From Candidatus Bathyarchaeota archaeon (lineage in GTDB: Archaea > Thermoproteota > Bathyarchaeia > Bathyarchaeales > Bathycorpusculaceae), in contig CAWHVC010000004.1 of assembly GCA_963832745.1 (NCBI GenBank), positions 203,604-267,603 of the forward strand: a DNA stretch of 64,000 nt, read 5' to 3'. Under the pieces are notes generated by a model. The model saw only the letters and a program-made list of their open reading frames with translations, did no database searches and was not told where the DNA came from. Positions 38,594-49,446 of the stretch are shown here, piece by piece; position 1 is the first letter of the stretch; every line of letters starts with the position of its first letter. Position numbers and translations under genes: made by a program.

Positions 38594-39313
38594 ATGCAAA
38601 AATCAACACAAGACTACCTAAAAGTCGTATATAGCCTATCCAAAAACGGCGACTTAGTAAGCAACACAGACATCTCCCAAAAACTAGACGTTGCCCCAGC
38701 CAGCGTAACAGAAATGCTAAAAAAACTATCTGAAGAAGGCTACGTAAAATATTCGCCCTACCATGGCAGCACCCTAACAGACAAAGGCATACAAGAAGCC
38801 CAAAAAGTAACCCGAAAACACCGACTTCTCGAAAGCTTTCTATCAAACGTGCTACACATAGGCAAAGACAAAGTACACCTCGAAGCCTGCCAAATGGAAC
38901 ATGCACTGTCTGATGAAGCAGAAGAATCATTGTGCCGTTTTCTGCAGCACCCTGACACTTGCCCAGATGACGGTAAAATCATTCCCGCTTGTGATTTGCC
39001 ATTTTCAAGCTGTGAAGAATGTATCCAACTTCACAAAAAGGGTTTAGAACAAGTTGGGCGCCGAGACAAAAACCTTACTTCAATTCGTGATTTAAAGGAT
39101 GGTAAGTATGGTAAAATCAGTTTCATTCGGGGAGAACATAAAGTGCTTCAGCGTCTTTTAGATATGGGCCTTACCCCTGGAACACGCATTCGTATTGTTA
39201 AAGTTGCGCCGATGGATGGACCCGTTGAAGTTGCTGTTCGAGGCTCCAAACTGGCTTTAGGCCAAGACATAGCCTGTAACGTGTTCGTGGAAGTAGAACC
39301 CGTATCAGACTGA
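38594..39313 (+). CDS. DtxR/MntR-family metal-dependent regulator with C-terminal FeoA domain
   Basis: QDYLKVVY, PASVTEM, RKHRLLE, EACQMEH, RLLDMGLTPG...VRGSKLALG. Confidence 0.92.
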   Translation: MQKSTQDYLKVVYSLSKNGDLVSNTDISQKLDVAPASVTEMLKKLSEEGYVKYSPYHGSTLTDKGIQEAQKVTRKHRLLESFLSNVLHIGKDKVHLEACQMEHALSDEAEESLCRFLQHPDTCPDDGKIIPACDLPFSSCEECIQLHKKGLEQVGRRDKNLTSIRDLKDGKYGKISFIRGEHKVLQRLLDMGLTPGTRIRIVKVAPMDGPVEVAVRGSKLALGQDIACNVFVEVEPVSD

Positions 39314-39331
39314 AAAGGAGGTCCAAATTAG

Positions 39332-41332
39332 TTGTCATCAAACAAGCAAACTGTTTCTGACAGTAAACAATCTACAGTTAACCAGTCAACATCAACTATG
39401 GCTGGAAAGCATCTGACTTTTGCACTTGCCGGAAACGCAAACGTAGGTAAAAGCGTAATCTTTAATCAACTTACAGGGTCAAATCAAATAATCGGTAACT
39501 GGCCAGGGAAAACCGTTGACCGAGCAGAAGGCACATTGAGTTTTGAAGGTTATGAAATAAAAATCATCGATTTGCCTGGCATTTACTCTTTCTCTACATT
39601 TTCTATGGAAGAGATTGTTTCACGAGATTACGTGGCTTTGGAGAAGCCGGATGCTGTTATCAACGTAGTTGACGCATCTGTTTTGGAACGTAACTTGTTT
39701 TTCACTTTGCAGCTTCTGGAAATGAATGCACCGCTTGTACTGGTTTTAAACCAGATAGACGTTGCCAAAAACAAAGGTATTCTCATCGATAAAGACAAAC
39801 TCTCAAAAACCTTGGGCGTTCCAGTTGTCTTTGCTACGGCTACTCGTGGAGAAGGAATTTATGAAGCGGTTAAAGAGGCAGTAAAAGTCGCTGTAGAAAA
39901 ACCCAAACCCGCGCATCTGAACTACCGAAAAGACATTGAAGAACAAATCGAAAAACTTCAACATACAATAGAAAAAGAAAACCTCAACCTGCAGTATCCC
40001 TCACGTTGGTTAGCCATCAAACTGCTTGAAGGCGACACTGAAATCAACAAACTTGTTGCCGAAAAATCAAAGACAGTTATCCTACAAACGAAACTAGTAA
40101 CTGCTGAACTTGAAAAAAGTTGCCACGAAAAATGTTTCTCAGTAATTGCTTCTGAACGGTATGCCCTTGCAAGCTCTATTGTGGCTTCAGCACTGCAGCA
40201 AGATGAAATTTGGCATCCATTTACTGACAAGCTGGACTGGTTCACGACTCACCGAGTTTTTGGGTATGTAACCGCGGTAGGTGTGATTGGTGGGTTGCTG
40301 CTTTGGACCTTCTTTGTAGGCAACTGGTTGTCTGGCTTGATATCGGATGGTTTAAGCATTATTCAGCCTGTAGACCCAGCATTGTCTGCTTCCGCTCCAA
40401 TATTGAGCATTATTCTTAACGGGTTCTGGAGTGGATTCAACGCAGGTTTAACGTTGATTATACCTTTCGTTATTCCATTCTATGTGCTATTAGCAATGAT
40501 TGAAGACTCAGGGCTCCTAACCCGCGTTGCCTTTATGATGGACAGCGCAATGCACAAAATCGGTTTACACGGTAAAGCATTAATCCCAATAATTCTTGGA
40601 TACGGTTGTAGTGTTCCAGCAATTCACAGCTGCAAAATCATGGAAACCCGACGCGAACGACTCCTTGCAGCCTTTGCCATCACATTTGCTCCCTGTTCAG
40701 CACGCACTATCGTGCTCTTTGGCATGGTAGGCTTATTTGTTGGCATACAATGGGCTCTGCTACTGTACGTTGTTAATCTCGCTATAATCTTTGCTATGGG
40801 TAAAATAGCTATGAAAGCTGTTCCTGGAAAATCAACCGGGTTAATCATGGAAATGAGCAGTTTCAAACGGCCATCCATGAAAGTGGTTCTAAAACAGACG
40901 TGGACCCGAACTAAAACAATCATTTACGTTGTCTTCCCAATCTACATCGTTGGCAGCGCTCTTATTCAAGCATTATATGTTTACGACATATTGACGCCGA
41001 TAAGTAATGTACTTGCACCCCTAACTGTTCTATGGCTAGGCTTACCTGCATTCGCTGGTGTACTGCTAATACTTGGTACCGTTCGTAAAGAACTCATAAT
41101 CTTGGGTTCAGTAGCAATACTTGGAACAACCAACTTGTTAGTCGGCTTCACTCCAGTACAGTTGGTTGTCATGGCTTTGGTAGCAATGCTTTACATTCCA
41201 TGCGTTTCAACGATGGCTATACTTGGCAAAGAATTTGGCTGGAAAGCCGCAGCAGTAATCTCATTGGCAAACATTGTTACTGCATTAATAATTGGAGGCC
41301 TAGCTTACCAGTTATTAACCCTGTTTGTTTAA
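39332..41332 (+). CDS. feoB: ferrous iron transporter B
   Basis: [42 protein letters not shown]. Confidence 0.95.
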   Translation: MSSNKQTVSDSKQSTVNQSTSTMAGKHLTFALAGNANVGKSVIFNQLTGSNQIIGNWPGKTVDRAEGTLSFEGYEIKIIDLPGIYSFSTFSMEEIVSRDYVALEKPDAVINVVDASVLERNLFFTLQLLEMNAPLVLVLNQIDVAKNKGILIDKDKLSKTLGVPVVFATATRGEGIYEAVKEAVKVAVEKPKPAHLNYRKDIEEQIEKLQHTIEKENLNLQYPSRWLAIKLLEGDTEINKLVAEKSKTVILQTKLVTAELEKSCHEKCFSVIASERYALASSIVASALQQDEIWHPFTDKLDWFTTHRVFGYVTAVGVIGGLLLWTFFVGNWLSGLISDGLSIIQPVDPALSASAPILSIILNGFWSGFNAGLTLIIPFVIPFYVLLAMIEDSGLLTRVAFMMDSAMHKIGLHGKALIPIILGYGCSVPAIHSCKIMETRRERLLAAFAITFAPCSARTIVLFGMVGLFVGIQWALLLYVVNLAIIFAMGKIAMKAVPGKSTGLIMEMSSFKRPSMKVVLKQTWTRTKTIIYVVFPIYIVGSALIQALYVYDILTPISNVLAPLTVLWLGLPAFAGVLLILGTVRKELIILGSVAILGTTNLLVGFTPVQLVVMALVAMLYIPCVSTMAILGKEFGWKAAAVISLANIVTALIIGGLAYQLLTLFV

Positions 41333-41451
41333 AACCGCTGTTGCGCTTTCTCAGTTGGGTTCTTCTCAATCGGCATTTTTCTTTTAGAATGTATGCTGGA
41401 TCACTTGAACAGCCTGAAAGCCGTGGAACCTAAACTTCCAATGATTACTTG

Positions 41452-42072
41452 TTACTCATTTTCTTTTTTAGGATTCTTAGGTATAACCCAGTAATCAATA
41501 ATGGAGCCTTTTACCCATTTGCCGCCAATGCTTTTCACCGTATCGTTGATGTCTTCCCATTCGGTTTTTAGAAACTGGATTGGCTTAACTATAACGTATT
41601 CTCCGTCAACTGCAAAACGAAGTAATTTACGTTGATCCTTCGTGAATTCATCTTCCAAACCGCCTGTATCTTGGTTTGCTTCTGGTTTAGGTCCAAGCGT
41701 TTTTACTCCGGTGCCGATGCTGGCTGAGGCGGACGCTTGAGTTGAAGTAGTTAGAGTTTGGATGAGTGACTTTTGTGGTGATGTGGGTGCTGGCTGGGCG
41801 AGCACTGGTGTTTTTGGGGTTTCAATTGGTGCTGGTATTGGAGTAGGCTGCTGAGTTTGTGTAGCAGTGTCATGGGTTAGTTCTGGAGTCGGCATGTTTT
41901 CAGCAACATCTTCAAAGGTATCGCTTCGCACAACCGCAGTTACTTGCTTGTTAAAAGCGTCATATTTTATGTCTATAAGCTCCAAGTCTGCTGGGAGGCT
42001 GAGTTGAGCTGGTTTGCCTTGGATTGCCCGTATGACCTCTTCAGGGGTGAGCTTTAGAATTCTTTGCTTCAT
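41452..42072 (-). CDS. hypothetical two-domain protein with Pro/Thr linker
   Basis: 206-aa ORF; C-terminal KSIGGKWV...YWVIP domain. Confidence 0.6.
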   Translation of the reverse strand: MKQRILKLTPEEVIRAIQGKPAQLSLPADLELIDIKYDAFNKQVTAVVRSDTFEDVAENMPTPELTHDTATQTQQPTPIPAPIETPKTPVLAQPAPTSPQKSLIQTLTTSTQASASASIGTGVKTLGPKPEANQDTGGLEDEFTKDQRKLLRFAVDGEYVIVKPIQFLKTEWEDINDTVKSIGGKWVKGSIIDYWVIPKNPKKENE

Positions 42073-42146
42073 TCGCGGTTTACCTGTGACTTGTGTTTTA
42101 TGGTTTAGTGCTTAAAAGCATTGTTGAATTATGTCACTCAGCAAGG

Positions 42147-43825
42147 TTAAGTGGATAATAATTCAATCATTTTCTTGTTAACGTCTATTCCTGAAATTAC
42201 TCCGATGAGTTTCCGGTCTTGGTCAATAACGAAAATGTGGTCTTGCTGTTTATCCATCATCACGTGTACCATGTTTGTCAGGTTGGTTTGAGGCTGAATG
42301 AGTGTGGGTTTGTGCATTACTGTGTCTGAAAGGCTCATTGATTGCCGGTAAACATCAACATACCCTAAATCTTCAAGGTTAACAGCTCCGATAACATGGT
42401 TCTCTTCGTCAACAACTGGAAACACTCTGAATTTAGTGCCTTCGAACAATTCTAAAGCTTCTTTTACGCTAGCGCCTTTATGTAATACTACTGGATCTTT
42501 TGTCATTACATCTGACGCAAAGGTTGTTTGCAGTTTTTCTGGTGCTATTTTTTCTGCTTTGCTGAAGAACCTTTCAAGAGCAAGTTCTTCTGCTTTTAGT
42601 CTTGTACGCGGTTGCAGTGAATAGAATGAGTATCTGCCTGAAACCACGTAACTAACACTATTGGCTAACAATGCTGGAATGGCAAATAAACCGCCTAAGG
42701 TTTCCATAATGAATGCGATGGGTGTTAGCAGTATTTTGTGTGTTCCCGCCTAAAAGCGCTGCCATGCCTACAGCGATAAACATTACTGGGTAGTTAGCGT
42801 GGAAGACCTGTGCGAATATGCAGCCTATGCCTGCGCCGATAACAATTGAAGGGAAGAACAATCCGCCGTTTCCTCCAAAATTCAACGTTACCGCTGTTAT
42901 GACTGTTTTTAACAGGACAACTGCGACTAGTACCGCTAAACTGAATGATGTTGTCTGAATTATTGCGCTAGTAAATGTTAATCCAATCCCGATGGTGTAA
43001 AGCGAAATTGCTCCCAGAGAAGCTAATTAAAAGTGCCGCTGTAGTAATGACCGCTTTAATTCCATATTTTTTCTTGATTTTTAATGCCAGATTTCCTGTC
43101 CAACTGAACAATTTGGTGAAAAAGATTGCGTATAATCCGCAAATTAGGCCTAACAGTAGTGACAGAGCAATTTCAGTCCATGAAATGGTTGCGTTTAATG
43201 TTAAACCGAAAAGGGGTTCACTGCCAAGAACAGTTATTGAAAGTAGATAAGCTGGAACCGAAGCAACTACTGCTTCAATGAAGGTTTCTCGATCTAAATC
43301 GTTCTTGTAAGGAATTTCTAAAGCAAAAAGAATGCCTGTTAATGGCGTGCGAAAAGTTGCTGCTAAGCCTGCCGCTGCACCTGCAACAAATAATCGTCTG
43401 CGCAGGTCGGCATGAATGTGAAAACGTTTGGATAATTCTGAGGCAACTCCGCCGCCTGCAAGTAAACTTGGGCCTTCTGGTCCTGCGCTTCCACCTAAAC
43501 CTATTGTTAGCATGCCTGCGATGGGTTTAACGATGGTGTCCCTGAGGCTGATTTCGCCGTTTGTTAAATGGTAAGCTTCAAGCACTGAGTGGGTGCCTGA
43601 ACCGGTTGTTTTGGTTTTAGCGAAGCGTTTAACGATTACGTACGGTAGTCCGATGGCTAAGAAGGATAATGGAACAATAATGAGTATGGAGTAACCTAAG
43701 GCTTCTTGTGTTAAATTCCAAATCTGCTGGTACAGTAAATAAAAACCAATTGAAACGGACGCCGCAATCAAACCGACTCCTGCCACCAAAAGGTAGTACT
43801 GGACACCGTCGCTGTATTTACTCAT
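42147..43825 (-). pseudogene. ClC chloride/proton antiporter with CBS pair, broken by two frameshifts
   Basis: GSGT, GGSAGPEGP, AGAAAGLAATFRTP, GGLFFPS and CBS domains in three frames; single extra bases near 43016 and 42746. Confidence 0.8.
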
Positions 43826-43964
43826 GTGGAGCGCACAAATTACGCTATGTAATATAAGTTTAATGTTTCAAATGTTCAATTCGAAAAGGTGCTTTAAGCC
43901 GTGATGTTTAAATTTTGAAAAAGAAGAAAATTGATAAGTCCATCGGGCTACTAACTTGTGTTAA

Positions 43965-45287
43965 ATGAAGACCAGTAAAACCATAAGCGTTAAGGTTGCA
44001 ACTGCAGTAGGGCTAGGTGCTATAATTGGCGCTGGAATATTTGTTCTAAGCGGAACCGCTATTGCTCTTGCTGGTACAGCGGCTCTTATTGCGTTTGTTA
44101 TTGTGGGCGTAATTGCTTTGATAGTGGCTTTTGAACTTGGCGAGTTAGGCTCAATTATGCCTTCTGCTCAGGGTGGGTCATACTCTTATGTTTACGAAGC
44201 ATTCGGAAGCGAATTGGGTTTCATAACGGGAATAATGCTGTATTTCAGTTACGCTTCATCTATAGCGCCTATTGCGCTTGGTTTTGGCTCTTACCTGTCT
44301 GGTTTACTTGGGCTTTCAACAAGTTTTTATTCAACAGCGTTTGCTATAGGTTTGATTCTTGTTCTTGCTGTCGTTAACATTTTAGGCGTTAGTAAAGCTG
44401 CTAAAGCAGATTTTGTGCTGGTCATCATAAAAATAGGCATATTAATCATCTTCATCATATTTGCACTAATTTTTGCAGTAAACAACGGCTCGGCAACTGC
44501 TTCACATTTTACGTTTGATTCTAGCTTTTTTAATGTGAACGCAATTTTTGCTTCAAGCGTTGTTATCTTTTTTGCATACTCAGGATTTCAGGCAATATCA
44601 ACAATTACCCAGGACGTTAAAGGGGGTGGTTCAGGCGCTGCTAAAGCAATTGTTTCTTCGGTTCTAATCAGCATGGCACTTTACATTCTTGTAGTGGTCT
44701 CACTGTTGCTAATGGTTCCCGCGAACCTTTTCACCATATCATCCGACCCTTTATCATTCGCGTTACAGGCAGCAGGCGCACCTAACTGGCTATTTACTGC
44801 AGTTTCAATAGGCGCATTAATAGCGACAACATCAGCGGCTCTCGCAATGATTCTTGGGTCATCCCGAGTCTTACGCCAAATCGGTTCAGACAAACTATTG
44901 CCTAAATTCGTACGTAAATATGACAAGAAACGTGATGTTGCAGTAAACGGGGTTTTGATTTCTTCAGCTATCGGCGTTGTGATGCTTTTTTCGGGCGACA
45001 TTTACGTTATGGCTTCAATAAGCAATTTTGGTATCCTGTTTTGTTATCTTATGGCAAGCTTTTCTCTTATTCATTTCAGACGCAAGAAAGCTGCCGCCGA
45101 CTTTAAGGTTCCACTTTACCCATTAATTCCTGCAATCGGAATTGTGGGTTTGATGGCTTTGTTGGTTGGTATGCCCCGTGAAGCTCTGATTGTCGGCGTC
45201 GCCATGATTCTAGCGTTAATAGCTGTCTATTACCTGCTGGTTGAAGCTGAGTCACGAAAGGTTGAGAAAATAAAACTTTTCAACTAG
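43965..45287 (+). CDS. APC-family amino acid permease
   Basis: GAIIGAGIF, GGSYSY, FFAYSGFQ, about 12 TM. Confidence 0.9.
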   Translation: MKTSKTISVKVATAVGLGAIIGAGIFVLSGTAIALAGTAALIAFVIVGVIALIVAFELGELGSIMPSAQGGSYSYVYEAFGSELGFITGIMLYFSYASSIAPIALGFGSYLSGLLGLSTSFYSTAFAIGLILVLAVVNILGVSKAAKADFVLVIIKIGILIIFIIFALIFAVNNGSATASHFTFDSSFFNVNAIFASSVVIFFAYSGFQAISTITQDVKGGGSGAAKAIVSSVLISMALYILVVVSLLLMVPANLFTISSDPLSFALQAAGAPNWLFTAVSIGALIATTSAALAMILGSSRVLRQIGSDKLLPKFVRKYDKKRDVAVNGVLISSAIGVVMLFSGDIYVMASISNFGILFCYLMASFSLIHFRRKKAAADFKVPLYPLIPAIGIVGLMALLVGMPREALIVGVAMILALIAVYYLLVEAESRKVEKIKLFN

Positions 45288-45305
45288 CCGGGCTTGAGGT
45301 TAGGT

Positions 45306-45719
45306 TTACTTGAATTTACTAAGCGCCTCTTCAAGAATATCAAAACTTTTGATTATCACGTCTGAATGAACTTTAATCCATGGGCTAAGACGCTCCATGT
45401 CTGAAACGACGATGACTTTTTTGCCTTTACGTTTAGCGTAAAACATTTCCATGCAGGCACCCGCACTAAGTTTAGGCAGGTAAACCACCATTATATCACA
45501 TCGGTCGGCGTCTTCAAGGTCACGTTGCACGAAATCGTAGGTTTCGTAAGTGTTCCACCAGCACTCCTCGTCTCCTTTGTATAGGCATTTTTCCCGTTTC
45601 CAAGGGTCAATGACTTCAAAGCCAAGTTTATGACTGACGGTTGTGATAGTGTTTCGGTAGTGGTCTTGATTGTTTTCCATGCCAAGAATTGGGCCTGAAA
45701 TGAATACTTGCTTTTTCAT
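45306..45719 (-). CDS. nucleoside 2-deoxyribosyltransferase-like protein
   Basis: VFISGPI, RDLEDADRCD, SAGACMEMFYA. Confidence 0.75.
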   Translation of the reverse strand: MKKQVFISGPILGMENNQDHYRNTITTVSHKLGFEVIDPWKREKCLYKGDEECWWNTYETYDFVQRDLEDADRCDIMVVYLPKLSAGACMEMFYAKRKGKKVIVVSDMERLSPWIKVHSDVIIKSFDILEEALSKFK

Positions 45720-45875
45720 AGCTTAACGTTCATAGAATTATCGAAACGGTTTAATTTGCATTTGCTAACCTGACGCTGAATTTTGTTAAAATTAGATAAT
45801 TTAAAAAATTTTGATTTGTAAAGATCAATAAAGTAAAAAACGTTCTTAATGTTTTTTTGTTTAGTGATGTCTTTT

Positions 45876-46022
45876 TTAGGCTGCTTGTGCTTTTGCTCTT
45901 TCTAATTTTTGCAACATCTTCTTTGTTGTTGGTTTGGGCTTAGATTTTACGCGGTATACGGTGCCGTGAGTGTTTTTGTAAAGTTTGTGTCCTTTTGCTT
46001 TTAATTGTGCTTTTCTTGGCAT
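45876..46022 (-). CDS. small highly basic protein (48 aa)
   Basis: MPRKAQLKAKGHKLYK...; GAGGTGA upstream; T tracts downstream. Confidence 0.55.
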   Translation of the reverse strand: MPRKAQLKAKGHKLYKNTHGTVYRVKSKPKPTTKKMLQKLERAKAQAA

Positions 46023-46226
46023 TATATCACCTCTAAATTGACGTAGACAATATTGCGTCACTTTATATGGCTACATGCCTAATTGCCTATTTGAATATGC
46101 ATGTAAAAACGTGAGAATTGATCATTACTAAAGTGTTGTAAAAATTTTTGTTTATAAGTACGGGTTGAGTATTTTATTAGGACTTGTAAGAGGAGCTTTT
46201 TGCAGGGACAACTGGAGAAAGATGTC

Positions 46227-46361
46227 ATGTTTAATTCCAAGAAATTGTTTGAAGTAACCTATAAATGTAGAGTGTGCTCTGCTCGTTTTAATAATCCTGA
46301 CGAATTGAGAATTCACAGCATGGTCAGTCATAAAGGGCATATGCTTGTAATTAAACGCTAA
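46227..46361 (+). CDS. stand-alone C2H2 zinc-finger microprotein (44 aa, not in ORF track)
   Basis: MFNSKKLFEVTYKCRVCSARFNNPDELRIHSMVSHKGHMLVIKR fits Y-x-C-x2-C-x3-F-x5-L-x2-H-x4-H; T7 tract directly after the stop. Confidence 0.75.
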   Translation: MFNSKKLFEVTYKCRVCSARFNNPDELRIHSMVSHKGHMLVIKR

Positions 46362-46990
46362 TTTTTTTGGTTTTGCTTTTTCGAGATTTAATTTAATTCC
46401 CTTTTTAGTTATTCGACAAAAACTGAAAAAAAGATTTGCAAAAAGAACAAACAAAAAATTGAGCAAAAACGCTTCTATGCTGATGTTGTTGCTGTCTTCT
46501 TTTTGACGTTATCAGTAAAGACCTTTTTTGTAGGTTTCTTCCTGTAGGTGCAATTAAGCCGAATTGATGATTTACATCTGCGGCAATTTTTTACTAAACC
46601 TGCTCGTAGCATACACAAATTTGTTTACCTCTTGATTTTTTTGAAAAGAATCAGTTATACGGTTAAGCTCAATTTCCTCAAGGGGATAAGAGAAACTCTT
46701 CAGCTTTATGTTTATGTCTTGCTCCCTAATAAAGACGGCAATTCAAGTTTTTTTGAAAATTAAAAAAATTTTGGCTTTTTTGGGTAAAAAGAGTTGGTAT
46801 TAAAAATTATTTTCGAAATTTAAGCCTAAAAAAAGGTGTTTTTTTATAGTCACGCTAATATACTCGGGAAAGCCATTATTGTATACTTAGGATTCTTTAG
46901 AGAAAGAGTTATCTCTCTGCTAAATGGTTTGCTTACTTTTTCTCCGATTTATTCTATAAAAGTTGGCAAAAAGCCAAATAGGTTATCTGG

Positions 46991-47296
46991 ATGGGTAGAA
47001 AAAAAATAACTAATGAAGGCAGTCTCGATAATATGGTGCTTCCTTCAGCAAATGATGTTTTAGGCGTTGCAGTAAAAATGCTGGGTGCCGATAGAGTCAC
47101 AGTTAAATGTCAAGACGGAAAAGAACGCTTATGCCGAGTTAGAGGCAAACTGAAAAAGCGTGTTTGGATTCGTGAGGGTGACATAGTTCTTGTTTCACCT
47201 TGGGATTTCCAGCAAGAAACACGCGGAGACATTTTCTGGCGATACAGGAAAAACCAGTCTGATTGGTTAAGAAATCACAATTATCTTACAATGTAA
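46991..47296 (+). CDS. eif1a: translation initiation factor aIF-1A
   Basis: KMLGADRV..CQDGKERLCRVRGKLKKRVWIREGDIVLVSPWDFQ. Confidence 0.95.
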   Translation: MGRKKITNEGSLDNMVLPSANDVLGVAVKMLGADRVTVKCQDGKERLCRVRGKLKKRVWIREGDIVLVSPWDFQQETRGDIFWRYRKNQSDWLRNHNYLTM

Positions 47297-47307
47297 GGTT
47301 TTGACTT

Positions 47308-47472
47308 ATGATTTTGAAATGTACTGAATGTGGGAACACCTTTTCGCGGGAAGTAAAAGACGGCGAGATTGTTTCTTGCCCCATTTGTGAAGCTGCGTTT
47401 AAGGCTACAATTAAAGATGGAAAGGTTCGCTTAGAAGACTTTATTGACGAAGAAGATTTAGGCGAACTCTAA
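47308..47472 (+). CDS. LysW-like zinc-ribbon amino-group carrier protein (54 aa, not in ORF track)
   Basis: MILKCTECG...GEIVSCPICEA...EEDLGEL; LysW pattern with a variant C-terminus. Confidence 0.7.
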   Translation: MILKCTECGNTFSREVKDGEIVSCPICEAAFKATIKDGKVRLEDFIDEEDLGEL

Positions 47473-47492
47473 ATTAGAAACAGGTAATTATT

Positions 47493-47900
47493 TTGGATTG
47501 CAAATTAAAAATAATGAAAGTAGAACCAAACAAGGATAGTTTTCAAAGTAATTACCGTTTCGCAGTAGTCGATTTTAGCCGATCCGAGAGTTACCCTTCA
47601 AACTTTGTTTGTATGTTACCTGTAAAAATTGCTAAAGGAAAGAAAACTAACATTTTTGAACAAGTTTTTGGGGATGACAGTTTAGTTAAAGCCAAACTGC
47701 TTTTAAACGATTCTTTAAAGCATGAGCCTGATTTAGCTGTTAAAGCTGAAATAAATAGGCGGCTAGTTTTGCTTGAGCCTAAACTGGTACGTCTTGTTAG
47801 GTGTAGTGGATGTGGTAAACAGTTTAAGCCTAAAGGGTTGCGTAGGTTTAAACGGCATTTCTGTTCAGAGTGTCTGCGTAAAAGATTCGCTTCAAAATAG
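47493..47900 (+). CDS. hypothetical protein with C-terminal CxxC-x-CxxC zinc finger
   Basis: CSGCG...FCSEC; co-oriented with eif1a and the lysW-like gene. Confidence 0.65.
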   Translation: MDCKLKIMKVEPNKDSFQSNYRFAVVDFSRSESYPSNFVCMLPVKIAKGKKTNIFEQVFGDDSLVKAKLLLNDSLKHEPDLAVKAEINRRLVLLEPKLVRLVRCSGCGKQFKPKGLRRFKRHFCSECLRKRFASK

Positions 47901-47975
47901 TATGCTTTTTCGCAATATCTTCTAAAGCTTCATAGAGTAGCATTAACTAAACTAAGTGATTGAATTGGTGGTGTT

Positions 47976-48346
47976 GTGAGTTCTAACGCAACTTTAGGTC
48001 TGTTACTGAATATGTTGCCTCTCAACCCGTAACTGTGCAGCCACTTTTGCAGCAGATTCGACAAGCAATCAAAGAAGCCGCACCTGACGCTCAAGAAGTA
48101 ATCAGTTACCAAATGCCTGCCTTTAAGCAAGGTGAAGTATTGGTTTGGTATGCAGCTTTCAAAAACCACATCGGCTTTTACCCTAAAACTTCAGTAATGG
48201 AGCAATTCAAAGACAAATTAGTGCCGTACAAGACAAGCAAGGGCACAATCCAGTTTCCTTATGATAAGCCTCTTCCACTGGGGTTAATTAAAGAAATAGT
48301 TCAGTTTAGGCTAAAAGAAACTTCTCGGAAAGACTGGCCCGCTTAG
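47976..48346 (+). CDS. YdhG/DUF1801 family protein, N-terminal frameshift
   Basis: EVISYQMPAF, AAFKNHIGFYP, SKGTIQFP; one added A at about 47986 restores MSSKRNFRSVTEYV from GTG 47976. Confidence 0.8.
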
Positions 48347-48459
48347 AGTCTACTAAATTTTCCTGAGCAAAAATGTGGCTGACGTTTCGCAGTCACATAT
48401 TGTTAAGTAAGTACAGCAGAATTTTTTATTTGCTTTAGATCTTGATGGAGGTGAATTTT

Positions 48460-48891
48460 ATGCCTGATATTATTGATGCTGTCGTAGCCGAGGGTTCGTT
48501 CAAAACTCTTGTTGCAGCAATAAAAGCGGCAGGACTAGTCGATACCCTAAAAAATGGTGGTCCATTCACGGTTTTTGCGCCAAACGACGCTGCTTTTGCG
48601 CGTCTACCCCTTGGAACCGTTGATAATCTGCTTAAGGATATTCAACGTTTAAAGTTGATTTTATCCTATCATTTAGTTGCAGGCAAAATAATGTCTGATG
48701 ACATTCTAAGAATGAATAATGCAATAACCGTTGAAGGTGACGCTTTAAATTTTGATTCTTCCTTGTGGGAAATGCGTCGGAACCTCAGGGTTGACACGGC
48801 AGAAATCATTAAGCTAGATATTGCCGCTGACAACGGAGTTATTCACGTTATTGACCGAGTTTTGATGCCGCCGATTGAAATGACCCATTAA
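48460..48891 (+). CDS. fasciclin (FAS1) domain protein
   Basis: GPFTVFAPNDAAF, ILSYH, ADNGVIHVIDRVL. Confidence 0.92.
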   Translation: MPDIIDAVVAEGSFKTLVAAIKAAGLVDTLKNGGPFTVFAPNDAAFARLPLGTVDNLLKDIQRLKLILSYHLVAGKIMSDDILRMNNAITVEGDALNFDSSLWEMRRNLRVDTAEIIKLDIAADNGVIHVIDRVLMPPIEMTH

Positions 48892-49048
48892 GTAAATTTC
48901 CATTTTTCCTTATTTTTGGAATTAGTTTTTTATTATTTTTTCGAACTCGCATGTTTGCTTTGCTTCTTATTTTCAGGTGAAAAACGTGAAGGTTATCAGA
49001 AATCCTTAAAATCATTTGTTATCATGTAATTGAGAAAGTGAAGGCTTT

Positions 49049-49279
49049 ATGGCTGAATCAATCAAAAAAAGAGTACAAGAAGCACTTGACCAGATTAGGC
49101 CACAAATACAAGGTGACGGCGGAGACGTGGAACTAGTAGCAGTCGAAGGCAATATTGTGAAGGTTCGACTTGTCGGTCACTGTGTAGGTTGTCCTATGGC
49201 TCAATTGACGCTTAAGAATGGTATTGAAGCTTACGTTAAAGAGCGCGTGCCAGAAATCGAAGCAGTTGAATCAGTATAA
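49049..49279 (+). CDS. NifU-like (Nfu) Fe-S carrier
   Basis: IRPQIQGDGGDVEL, GHCVGCP. Confidence 0.92.
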   Translation: MAESIKKRVQEALDQIRPQIQGDGGDVELVAVEGNIVKVRLVGHCVGCPMAQLTLKNGIEAYVKERVPEIEAVESV

Positions 49280-49446
49280 ATTAATCTGACTCAGCTTCAT
49301 GCGCTTTTCTTAAGCATTTTTAGTCTGTTTTTCATTTTTTATCCTAATTCGGCTGGTTTATGTGTGTTTAATTTGGCTAAAAATCTTTAAGCGTTCACTT
49401 CTTATACTTGTGTTCTAAACTGAATTGGATAGTGGATATTCAACCC

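Noticed and set aside
43826-43964. Fluoride riboswitch ahead of the ClC gene
   Set aside because: No crcB-motif consensus visible
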